A stretch of DNA of 63,913 nucleotides, counting the filler, from Intoshia linei (Eukaryota; Animalia; Orthonectida): the NCBI GenBank assembly GCA_001642005.1. It is 4 parts of 4 records of this genome, joined end to end, with 100 filler letters (N's around TTAATTAATTAA, not from the genome) between each part and the next. Parts side by side here need not be neighbours in the genome. Positions count along the whole stretch, not along the records: positions 1 to 21,682 come from LWCA01000629.1; 3 more parts are not named here. One strand, written 5' to 3'. The position numbers were made by a program, and so were the translations under genes. The notes under the pieces are model-generated. The model ran no database searches. It saw nothing but the letters and a program-made list of their open reading frames with translations, and was not told where the DNA came from. Shown piece after piece: positions 1 to 21,782 of this stretch; within the stretch, counting starts at the first letter, position 1; every line of letters begins with the position of its first letter.

Positions 1-114
1 CATACAACAGTAATTTAGAAAAACTTTAAATTGAAAAATATCGCATTTATATTTTACGGAACCCCTGGGTTCCGCGGAACACGGGTTGAGAACCACTGTC
101 ATAAAGAATAGTAC

Positions 115-2718
115 CCATAATTAACAAAATGGTTGATAAATTTCGTTTTTTTTTGAACTAAAAAATAATCAAAAATTCTCTACACAATTAACATTATTAT
201 AACATGTATGTAAAATTTTTTGATATTTAAAAATGATTCTAGTAAAACTGACATTCTGAACCTTATTCACGATTTGAGCCTTCATTTTTTTATTTTGTAT
301 GGACCCTACCACAATTCAAAGAAAAATGGGATTTAGTTTTACAAGATTGAATATCATCAAAAATTGTATAACAAGGTGGGACACAATTTTTTACCCTCAG
401 GTTATATAACACATAATTTTTCAAATTGCGTTATTTATAAGATTAAAATGATTTACTGATGCATCAAAATTACAGTAGTTGATATACGCCGCATGTTTAC
501 AATAGCAATTTTACAATTATAAGTGAAGCTGTTCTAGTAGCCATTTTTCGTAAATTTCACCTTTGAAAACAAGTCGCAGTATGGATCACGAATTCCCAAA
601 CTCATTTTGCCTACCGTCCCCTTTTTAGCAATATATTTTCTCAACGCCCCCGTAAAAAATTTTTCGACAACGTCGTATATATATTTAAAAAGTTACTCAT
701 TATTCAATATTTAATAATTAAAAAATTGAGTTAATTAAACAAAATATATTCATTACTGTCACTTTTTATATCAGTGGATCCCAAACTTGCTATAAAAATA
801 TCCTCTTACAACCAAAAAATCCATCAACGCTTCATTCTATCCATCTAAAATCGTTTTTTGAGTATACAGTGTTTTTATAATCGTCCCCACCCCCTAACTG
901 AATTAATTGCTTCATGGGGGATATCCCCACTTTGGAAACCCTTATACATACTATGGATCAAAAATTTTATAAAACAGACTATACAATAATGGTCAATAAT
1001 ATAAAATTTAATTTAAATAAAAAATTTATAAAGCGAGTTGATTCTACTGTAATCGGAATGGGGTTATCAATCTCTAAGTGGTATAAAATTTTACAAATTA
1101 AAAATAAAGAGAGGATAATTCCTCTTTAACGTAACTTTTTATAAATAATTTATTCATTAAAACAGTGGTTCCAGATTGGGGTCCAAAATTATATGCCTGG
1201 GTCCGTAAGATTCAAATAAAATATAGAACAATTTTGATCAAGTTTTGTTTATTTTTAAAGAAGAGTTTTTAATAATTATTACAGAGTTTCTAGATATTGG
1301 CAATTTATCCAAAGCCTAGACGACGGCTACATTATTATTTCAAAAATTCCACTTTTATTCCACCAGTAATAAAATTTAATAAAAAATACTATTTCAAGTC
1401 TTAGGGAAAAATTGACTTTTACCGAGATTTTTTTGAAAAATCAGATTTTACTAACCCTCAATTAAAAAATCCTCTTTTTCCAATATTTTTTTAAACTTCA
1501 ATTTTACTAAATCCTATGATAAAAAACCTTTAATTTTTTCATGTTTCCCTTGGGCCAAAGAAATAAATATTTTCAAATACGGGTTTCTACACTATTTGAA
1601 TCGGTTACCACTGCATTAAAACAAAGAAAATATTTTTATTTTCATTCCATTTAACCTATATTTGCATTTCATTTCATATAATTAATAATCAACCATTATT
1701 ATCATCATTAATCAAGAAGAAAATAAAAATTTTTACGTGTCTAAAGCTTTTAATTTGAAACGAAAAAGCTTTAGTATAATCAAGATGCTAGTCATTTTAA
1801 AATTTAACGGAATTTTTGTACTTGAGAAAAATTCACAGTAATCATATTCCGTTAATCAGGATTTTTCCCGTTATAAAGGATTTCCGTTAAATAGGAATTA
1901 AACTATACATAAAAACACAATATTACTTCAATGTCTGTTTTAAATGAAGATGAAATCAATGATTTTATGCTCCAAAATGAATTTGATTTTATAATATAAA
2001 TTTTATGTACATTTTTTTTCAAAGTCTAAAATTTAATTTATATATTGATGCAAATGAAATATAATTACATTTTACAAGTTATATTATTAATTGACTGACC
2101 GCTATATATAATATATACTTAATAAATTATATAAGATAAGGATAATGATAATGCAATAGTATTCAACCGTTTTCGAGATACAGGCACCTAAATTTTGAGT
2201 TTTTGTGTAACCCATGAGTAAAATGTAATGAAAATATAAAGAAAATACACCCACTTTAATAATAGTAAAAAATGATTAATAATAAAGGTAACATCAAATC
2301 ATTATTACCATTTTCAGAACCCAGGGTCGAACCTACCTTACCGAAAGCCTCATCTAGTAGCTACAATAAAGAAAATAAAAATTACATTAATTTCAGAAAC
2401 AATATATTTCAGAAAATGTGAATCCATTTTCCGCATATCAATAATAACCCAAAATCCATATTTACTAGTAATATCGGTAGTAATTGATATAAAATATTGC
2501 AAGACTTTGTGTATTTTGTTATTTTTTTTGTCAATACAACTGTAATTTAAAAAAATCAGTGGACCGCCATTTTTATGGCGTGAGCCTAAATGAATTTTTT
2601 AATTTATAAAATTATTACAACCGATTTAAAAAAAACTTTAAACTAAAAAATGTTAAAAACCTGGCATTGAAGCAAAATTCTCATTTAAATCGTCATATAT
2701 GGCCAAATCCACAATCAT
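115..2718 (-). CDS. 5' part of a Trio/Kalirin/SESTD1-family gene (Sec14/CRAL-TRIO domain); continues off the left edge
   Basis: Manual splicing of exons 2718-2661, 2585-2386 and 157-115 (GT-AG) gives MIVDLAIYDDLNENFASMP-GSRHKNGGPLIFLN...VLQYFISITTDITSKYGFWVIIDMRK..., matching the Trio/Kalirin Sec14 pattern GGRDKRGGP...GFTVIIDMR. Confidence 0.75.
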
Positions 2719-3247
2719 AAATAATTTTTAAAATTAATTAAATAAAGTTGATTTAAAATTATTCAATCATAACCATATCATATGTTTTTGTACATTTTTT
2801 GATTTGGCCTATTTTTGTTTTTGTAATTTTCTACTTATAAACATTACATTTTATCTAATTTGGAAAATTGTACTTAATTTTAATTTCATTTTAGAAAATT
2901 TGACATGACATTTATTTTCATAATTTGATAGTGATACAATATGAAAAATAATGGTGTTTTATGGATGGATTGGATTAATTTTATTTGAGTAATGTCACGA
3001 GTATAAAAATAATGTAGCATTTATGGTAAATATCTAACACGCAATAGTTACTCAATGTTAGTGCAAATCTTTCGTAAAATGTAATACTAGAGTCCAGTTA
3101 CTGGACTTCAATAATTGGAATAGTGATCTGAATCATTAGTAACGTTATTTGGAAAATTAACTATATCTGTAAGAGTGATAATACATCTCTGTTGTCATAC
3201 TCGGAAGTTTTGAACGCAATATTTTTGATATCAATAACTGAAATCAA

Positions 3248-13403
<10,156 letters not shown>

Positions 13404-13482
13404 ACAGTAAATTGTATATAAATGAAAAATGTGTATATTAAATTGTTATGCGTTTCCGAGTTACTTTTTGTATTTATTAATA

Positions 13483-13864
13483 ATGACTGACGTTGTAGAT
13501 AAAGGCAAAGAATCTTTTAAAAAAATAGTTCATACATATCCTCTCATAATGGTACGTAAAAAGTACAAATAAAACTAAGATTTATTAGAGTAGTGACATG
13601 AATGAAGAAATGCAAAGTGAAGCAATGGAATTGTGTGTTACTGCTTCAGAAAAATTTTTAAACAACAATGAGGTATACATTTTATTTGTTATGATAAAAA
13701 TTTAGAACGCTGCTAAAATGATCAAAGAAGTAATGGACAAAAAATTCGGACCGTCGTGGCAAGTTGTTGTTGGAGAAGGGTATGGTTATGAAATTATGGC
13801 TTGTAAACACATGTACATGTTTTTCGGTGGATGTTCGGCCATACTATTATTCAAAATTTCTTAA
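13483..13864 (+). CDS. DNAL4: Axonemal dynein light chain 4 (3 exons; introns 13552-13588 and 13673-13705)
   Basis: Spliced product ...HTYPLIM-SSDMNEEMQSEAMELCVTASEKFLNNNE-NAAKMIKEVMDKKFGPSWQVVVGEGYGYEI... closely follows DNAL4. Confidence 0.92.
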
Positions 13865-13886
13865 TTATGAAATGTAAATAAATTTA

Positions 13887-14474
13887 TTAACTATCCATCA
13901 TATGATTCATAGAATCTACAAGTTTATTGACATAATTTTGATACTTTACATCTTCTTGAATCTCTTTGTCGGTTGTGCGGTATAATTTGTAAAAAAACTG
14001 ACTAGATGTAAAATAGTTGAAAGTATCTTGAATACGAGAAATTGTTTTTTTGGTAACATGCCTTTCAATGATAAATAAAAGCACATTTTCAGTATCTTTT
14101 AATTCTTTAATTAAATATCTTTCATCGTAAGTGTATGGAATTGAAGAATATGTTAACAAAGTCAGAATTAATCTATTAAATCTGTCTTGCAACATTTCAA
14201 TATTTTCCAATTCTTGAGTATTGAATTTATTCACATTACTACCTCCGTTGCGTACTATTAGTGTGTATTTTAGTGAAATTTTTATAATATTTCTTATCAA
14301 TTTTTCAGCACGTTTTTTTGAAGTGTCCATTTTTATCAATCCGTATAATGATTTCAAAAATTTTGTCTCAGTTTCGCTTGAAAGTGCCGTAATGATTGAT
14401 TTTGTTGCCATACTAGTCAAAATCTTTTTTTCTAACTTAAATATTGTAGATTTTATGTCGAAATTTTCAGACAT
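13887..14474 (-). CDS. TNFAIP8: TNFAIP8/TIPE family protein, intronless
   Basis: KKILTSMATKS, KKRAEKLIRNIIKISLK, FNTQEL, YTYD, IIERHVTKKTISRIQDTFNYF match the TNFAIP8 family. Confidence 0.9.
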   Translation of the reverse strand: MSENFDIKSTIFKLEKKILTSMATKSIITALSSETETKFLKSLYGLIKMDTSKKRAEKLIRNIIKISLKYTLIVRNGGSNVNKFNTQELENIEMLQDRFNRLILTLLTYSSIPYTYDERYLIKELKDTENVLLFIIERHVTKKTISRIQDTFNYFTSSQFFYKLYRTTDKEIQEDVKYQNYVNKLVDSMNHMMDS

Positions 14475-14812
14475 TTTTTAAACGTGTAATATTTTAATAT
14501 GGAATATTAATACTATAGAAATTTTAGGATTTTTACGTCATTTTTGTCATAAAAATATAACAATAGACTTGTAATATATTTATATCACTACATAATTTAA
14601 TTTAAATATTGGCGTCGCAAACTGAATTCCAAATTTGCCAGTAAAATGGGCAATTTGAAGGTGTCAAGTTTTACAAGCATGGAAGAGTAAAGTTAAGGTC
14701 CATTTGATAGTTACAGGTCTGATTGGATTCGACAATCGTATTATATTGTGCAGGGGTACCTAAAGTTCAAAAATATTTAAACATTTTGGATATTTCTTTT
14801 AAAATAAAGTTG

Positions 14813-15841
14813 ATGAACAATTCAAGACTCTTTTTTAAAAGATATTTCGGTAAGGACACAAGCTTGCTGGTATCCAAGTATTTTAATACAATTTATTATC
14901 AATTAGTTGGTACCATTCACATTTTTTTGTTTGGGATCTTGGCAAGTGCATAGATTACAATGGAAGAAAAATTTAATTAAAAATTTGAAGGAAAAAAGTC
15001 AAATCATATTAGACAGTCTACCAGAGTATGATTAAATACGAGTGGCAACTCATATAAAATTTAATCTATACATTTTTTATTAGGATATATCAAGAAAAAT
15101 ATGATCTGACCCGTGTGCCAATATCCGGACATTTTGTTTATGATGTTGATGCAATAATAATGAAACCAAAATTTTTAAAATATAAAACCATGGAAGAAGA
15201 ATTTTCGGACGAAAAAAAAAAAATTGGCGGCCATTTAATCAATGCTTTTCAAACAGATGACGGGTTTAGATATTTCTAATTTCATAATTGATTGATAGAC
15301 GCAGAATTATTGTAAATAGAGGTTGGATATCAAATGAAAATTGTAAACAAAAAAACCATGCAAAATTTATAGTACAGTACATTTATTTATAATTTGTTAC
15401 CACATGATAGAACAAGGATAAAGTAAAATTCATTGGCAGAATTCGTGGCAGCCAAAAGGTTTTAAGTCACTTTTTATGTTTTTTTAAATTGTAGAGCGTT
15501 TGCGGAACATATAATAACCCAGAATCGAATATTTGGACATTTAGAATCATATCTGAAATTTCCAAAAAACTAAAAACCGAACAAATGTACATCGAAATCG
15601 ATGGTAGTTTATTTTAAAAATTCAAGATTGAACGTTAATTTCATCTTTTAAATATTTAGAATATTGTGAAACTGAACCAATTGGAGCCCAAATGTTGACA
15701 AAATTACGCAACAGACACTTGGAATATGTATTCACGTGGTATGGGTTAGCCATTGGTACTTTTGTTTATTTTATAAAAAACCGTCAAATTCAATTATCAA
15801 ATTTAAAAACAATTTACTCTAAATTCAACAAAAAAATGTAA
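14813..15841 (+). CDS. SURF1: SURF1 cytochrome c oxidase assembly factor (several short introns)
   Basis: FCLGSWQVHRLQWKKNLI, RIIVNRGWI, YNNPESNIWTFR, PIGAQMLTKLRNRHLEYVFTWYGLA; start codon tentative. Confidence 0.88.
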
Positions 15842-15852
15842 TTACAATTATA

Positions 15853-16126
15853 TTAAACAATTATTTGACTTTCCAAAAGTGGAACAATTTCATCTGTCTT
15901 GTTCTTTTTTTCTTCTTTAATGATTGGTTCTATTACATTTAGTTTCATAGAAGGTCGAATTAGTACATTGTTTTTAATTTTGCAACAGTTTAGTATATCT
16001 AAATTAAAATAATCATCGTAAAATCAAAGTGGCACCATCGTCATCTTTTTCTAATCCAAAAATAACTTGGAAGTTTCCTGCATAAAAATGTCTTAATAGG
16101 GTTTGAGCTGTACAACTAATTTCATC
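15853..16126 (-). CDS. Last two exons of an unidentified protein-coding gene
   Basis: AG|DEISCTAQTLLRHFYAGNFQVIFGLEKDDD, short GT-AG intron, then in-frame DILNCCKIKNNVLIRPSMK...LLESQIIV*. Confidence 0.55.
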
Positions 16127-16211
16127 CTAAATTAAATATAATTGAAAAATGTATATATAAATTTGATTTTATTATTAAATTAATATTATTATTACATTTT
16201 ATAACAACCAG

Positions 16212-16610
16212 TTGTGTACTCCAAAACCTTCCCTCATGGAAAAAAGGTTATGGTGGGATATTAAGGACGTAATGTTTTATGAATATCTTAAAAATAATGA
16301 AACGATTAATTCTGATAAATATTGTGAACAATTTGAAAAATTGAACCTAGCTATCGAAATAAAAAATACTAGAATGTTCAATAGGGGTAAAATAATATTG
16401 TATCATGACAATGCTAAACCACATACTTCTAAAAAGACTCGTAATTTTTGAAGGGACTTGAATTATGAAGTATTAGCGCACCCAACATATTCACCAGACA
16501 TTGCACCTTCAGACTACCATCTTTCCAGATACATGAGTAACTATTACCAAGACAAAAAATACAATTCAATTCAAGAATTAAAATTGGACATAGATGATTT
16601 ATATCTTTGT
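16212..16610 (+). mobile_element. mariner (DD34D) transposase remnant
   Basis: WWDIK..YEYL...TINSDKYCEQ, HDNAKPH, HPTYSPDIAPSDYHL; internal stop. Confidence 0.9.
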
Positions 16611-17350
16611 AAATATAAACTCAACTTCAAAACTATGTCAAAAGTCTTATTTTTACTAGGTGAACATGTAATGTTTTGTAATTAATTTTATCAGCTCCTA
16701 TGCTACATTTTTTTGGTTTAATTGCCAATCCATGATATAATTGATATAAAATTTCAAAAACAATTTTCAAATTTAATTAATCTACAAAAATGTTAGTTTA
16801 ACCTCCTTCATAACTTTTAAAAGATTATGGTCAATTTAGACAAAACGTGGAAAGTTGCATTGCCCATTTTGAATGTTTTATAATGATTGGAGATAGAAAT
16901 TTAAAGTTGAATGATGAAAATATAATGTTGAGATATACTGTAGCGAAGCTGTTCGGAAAAACCCGCCAGACAAATGATTTTAAGATTGGGATGATTGAAA
17001 GAAAGAATGTCAACTTCTACAGAAGGAACGTGATTTATTAACTAAAGAATGCCATTTGTTACAGAAAGAGTTTGATAGTAAAGAATGAAATATAAAGCAT
17101 TTGATTCAAAATAAAGTGGACCATCAAGATAAAGAGAATAATAAAGAAGTTTGATATCAATCATCATATCAAAATAAAGATTGGAATTTAAAATCTCCGT
17201 AATAAAATTATTGTTACCTATTGATATTAGGGGAAAATGTCGCGTATCTACCGGTAAAATAATTGATAATGTTGAGATATATTGTAGTGAAGCTGTTCGG
17301 AAAAACAGACGCCAGACAAATGATAGGGGGCAAATCGTAAACACAACTAG

Positions 17351-19006
17351 GCAAGCGGACAACTCGTCTACAAGCGAGTTGTCCGAAACTCGCCGAAAAT
17401 TATACCTCGAAAAATAAACAAATGTTCATTTAATTAATTTTTTACCATCAAAATGATTGAATTTAAATTTCTTAAAAGTCAGAGATAACATTCTTTTGTA
17501 TGAAAACCATATGTACAACAAAGACAGATTAACAGACAATCAAAAAACACGATGGAGATGCAGAAAAAGATCCTGTAGAGGTGCTTTAATTATTAACGAG
17601 CAACATAATATTATTAGAAGAGTTAACCACAATCACCAACCTGAAAGTAATGCTTTCATATAATCTTTCGAACTCAAGTGTAAGCTTAAAAATAGTGCCA
17701 GGGAATCGATGGATAAATCACTAAACGTTGTATTGAATTCCATTAAAAGCGTATCTGATGATGTTATTCAAAAACTTCCGAAAGATGATTCATTAGTTAA
17801 GACTGTAAATCGAGTAAGAAATAAAGACATTCCAGTATTTATTCCATCGATTCCCATCATTCCTAAAAGTTTGTGGAACAATGAGAGGTGAAAAATTTTA
17901 CAAAAATCGAAAATTTGGGTTGTAGATAGTACTTTTTTGAGTAGACCAAATGGATTTGAACAAATATTAACAGTAATGGGAAAGTATTTAGGAAAATTTA
18001 GTCCTTGTGCTCATGGTTTTTTAGCCAATAAAAGACAAATATGTTATGAAGATTTTTTTACTGGACTTGAAAAACTATCAAATTTCACTCCAGAAAATAT
18101 TATAGTTGATTTTGAAAAATTATTAATAAATGCCTTGACGTTATCATTTGGTACAGCTAAAGTTTCCGGTTGTAATTTCCGCTTCGGACAAATGATTTGA
18201 AGACGTGTCCAAAATGAAGAATTAGCTGTAGCTTACAAAGAAAAGGCTTGGCAATATCAATTTATTAAGAGGTGTTTAACCTTGTCTTTTATTCCTGAAA
18301 ATGACGTTTTGATATATTCTGAAAAAATATTTTTCAATTATCAGTCACAGGATAAAAATGATTCAAATTTGGAAAATTTTTTTAAGTACTTTAAAAAGCA
18401 ATTCATCCCTTTCAATGAACCACACAGGCCTAGTTATGATATAAGATTCTGGTCATGTTTTAATAGAATCATCAATTCAATTCCTAGAACTTCAAATGTT
18501 ATTGAATCATGGCATAAGGTTTTAAATAGCAATTTTTCTGTTGTTCATCCCAATCTTGCCATTCTTATTAAAACTCTTTCTAATATGGAACTACAATTTT
18601 ATTTTAATGTAGTACAAAGGAAAGCGGGTAAAGGAATTGAAATAACAGGAACTAATTTTAAGAAAGGAGAAAATTATTTCAATGCACTTAAAAGTTTTAC
18701 TTGTTTTAAATGTAAATAAATTTATTTATAAAAGGGCCGTTAATATTCGCAGCCGGATAGTGTAAATTTTTTATATTAATTATATATAATGTTGATTCAA
18801 GACTCTTAACCAAGTAAAATTAAATCTATATAAATCAGCCATGTGTGAACGATAATTTCAATATATTTAAACTGAATCTACACTATCCGGCTGCGAATAA
18901 CATTTTAAAATAGCCGTAGCCGGCTGCAAATAGACACTTCCTATAAAAGATCATTAAATTTATCTTAATATTTATTCATAAATTTTCGGCGAATTGTCCC
19001 TATCCG
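17351..19006 (+). mobile_element. Degenerate MULE/Mutator transposon with FLYWCH finger
   Basis: FLYWCH-like YENHMY..RWRCRKRSCRG..HNH; MULE motifs VDSTF, IIVDFEK, GCNF, PRTSNVIESWH; several stops; inverted ends ..CGCCGAAAAT / ATTTTCGGCGAATTGTCC. Confidence 0.88.
18744..18899. mobile_element. Foldback/MITE inserted in the MULE 3' region
   Basis: Perfect ~21-bp inverted repeat TATTCGCAGCCGGATAGTGTA / TACACTATCCGGCTGCGAATA. Confidence 0.65.
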
Positions 19007-19439
19007 GTTGAGATATACTGTAGCGAAGCTGTTCGGAAAAACAAACGCAAAACAAATGATAGGCGGCAAATCGTAAACACAACTAGTTACGGAAAAGACA
19101 ATTTGCAAATATTGGGTGCTGATTCAAATGGAAAAATCTCGTTTTAAAAGCGGTAACAACGCCCATACGGCTCGGCAATGCAGAATCAATAATCTCAGAA
19201 CCGGCAAATTTCGTTTCGGTTGGGATATGTAGCGATGCGATCGCTAAGAAACCAGATTGATCGATAACTAATTTATTGTAGAAACCAATTTGTAATATAA
19301 TAATTAAATGGTTGAAATAAATCCTAAATAACTTGGCTTATTTAACACAGCTTAGACTACACTACAATGATGTTTATTTTTTATTACAATTATTCTGTTA
19401 CTAGCTTAACAATTTTATTTAACTTATTTTATTATAAAA

Positions 19440-20230
19440 GTATTATGAAACAATGAACAAATTAGGTTATTTATCTCGATTGGCAACTAAAATTAATACC
19501 TTAGAAAGATATGCATTTCTGTTGCATACTACCAGGTTCGTTAATAATCAAATTGATTTGATTTCTGATGAATTGATATTTTTATAAAAAAAATGTCGAA
19601 TTAAAACAATTACAAAGAGTTCAATAAAGCGTAGATTATTAAAATTAATAACAAGAAAGAATCAAAACATAAGACATTGCAAATATGAAAAATTTATAAA
19701 ATTATTCGACATTTCCTCTGAACCAAAAATATTTGAATCAATTTTGACTCGGCAATTTTACAATCTACACAGAAAATCAAATTGTAGTATAGAGTATATA
19801 GACTGTCGTAACTTAAATGAAAAAAAATTTAAAGCTCTACCTAAAGCTGACATACATTACTATAATACTTCTGATTAAATTAAGGGTATTAGTAAATATG
19901 ATAGTTCCGATGAATTTAACTTCACATCAGGTTCAATGAAAAGTGATTCAAAGTTGCTTTATCCTAAAAATATGTCTCAGTCGGATGTTATACAAATATC
20001 TGAAAGACTTGGATATTCCATTTATTGTACTGTTTCTGTAGTTAACGAAGTAATGAAAATAATGGGATACAGGAGATTTCCTAGGTCGTCCATTCAAAAA
20101 CTAGAATGTAGTTTAAATGTATGTCAAATAGAAATAAATGAACTAATTTTTAATTACACAGGTGATCTATGTATCCACTTTCATTCTAAAACATACAAGC
20201 AAACATTACTTATCTATTTGTCTCAGCGGG
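19440..20230 (+). mobile_element. Degenerate hATm-like transposase N-terminal region
   Basis: Broken frame with KLFDIS and LCIHFHSKT (cf. LQFDGKK in the 23160-24530 remnant). Confidence 0.4.
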
Positions 20231-21682
20231 AATCTTTGCAAGTTGGTCTAGGTTCTAATCATACCCCTTGGTCTAGTGCAGGGGTGTACAAACTTTCCAT
20301 CAATTCAGCCGCAAAGATACTTTACTCATTGATACTATGGCCGCACAAAATTTAATTTGACATTGAGAGAGTTTAAATCCATATTTAGAACAATATTTCC
20401 CTTGAATTTAAAGTAAAATGATATATTGCATTATAATGACATAGCATTGTGCAATAAACACTAAAAAAAATATCAGAATAACCAGGGTGACACTACCATG
20501 GATGCTGACGGCCGAGGAGTTGGAGATAACCAAAAAAAGCTTCTCAGACTTGACGTTGATCACCAGCGATAATCCCGTAAATAACCAGCATGATTGCTCA
20601 CGCACGATCTCATTATTAATGAGCACTACTATGATATTAGTAAAATATGATTATGTGTGTCAAGACAACTTACACAAATTTATCATCAAAAAAATCCTCT
20701 GTATCATGTTCAAAAACTATTTGAAGAACATCTTCTGTGAAATCAAAGAGAGAGTAATAGTCGATGTGGAACATGTTTCTTTTAACGTAATAACTGAATT
20801 CACTTATAAAACGTATACGTGTACGAAAGAATGTCATACTACATCGGTTTTAAATAATATTACGAAAACTAGTGTAATAGAAGACAAGAATAAATCAGCG
20901 TTTTTAAATCAATACTATGTAGAAATAAAAAATAATAGAATTGTCGATAAAACAAATTCCAAACAATCACTAAGCTCATTAACCACAAACAAATATACGT
21001 TTTTGGATTCAGTGCCATGTATATTTTGTTGTTACTGGAATGGATTGTGGTACTGTTTAGATGATGTTGATACTAGAAGACGGAATTCTTACAGTGTTGT
21101 TCAATAGATTATAATAATTGTAAAAATTTTATATTTATCGTCATATATTTAGTATATTATAACCTAAATAAAATGTTTGATCTAAATAAGTAGTACATCG
21201 ATTAAAAATATTGTTATGTTTTCAAAATTAATGTACACGTAGTAAGGATGGATTTAAGTGTATACGCGAAAAATTGAGTATTTAAGAAATATGTATCATA
21301 GTGAAGAAATCTTATAATAATACTATTTATCGACCTGCTAGTTACATATATTTGTTAACAGTCCGCGACACAGTCGAGTAATATCAAAAATAAATGCACT
21401 TTAAATTTAAAAAGCCATATATGTAATACTTTGAAAATTTAATTTATATGGGCATCGCAAATGAAAATATGTGCGTAGGTTGAGATTTACTGCGATAATT
21501 ATATTTTTATGTCACCAAAATTTATCTATAAAATTTTACGTTACCATATAAAAATATAATTATCGCAAAAAGTTTATTGTTATATCTTTGATTTTAAAGA
21601 TGGACGAAACTAAAAAAATTGAAAAAGCAATAAAATTTGTAAAAGATAAAAGGTCCAGAATGTTAACCTTCGACCAACAATT

Positions 21683-21782
21683 NNNNNNNNNNNNNNNNNN
21701 NNNNNNNNNNNNNNNNNNNNNNNNNNTTAATTAATTAANNNNNNNNNNNNNNNNNNNNNNNNNNNNNNNNNNNNNNNNNNNN
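21683..21782. other. Assembly gap with artificial six-frame stop linker
   Basis: Ns around TTAATTAATTAA; identical construct at 52993-53092 and 62766-62865. Confidence 0.97.

Noticed and set aside
14221-14481. Antisense ORFs over real genes (also 55629-55862, 56181-56494, 62880-63137, 63405-63599)
   Set aside because: Shadow frames of coding sequence with no independent motifs
14716-14733. GGTCTGATTGGATTCGAC resembles a tmRNA 5' end
   Set aside because: No tmRNA 3' tRNA-like end or tag ORF; eukaryotic context
21727-21738. TTAATTAATTAA palindrome repeated three times within N-runs; ORFs ending XXXLIN
   Set aside because: Artificial scaffolding linker; adjacency across the gaps is also uncertain
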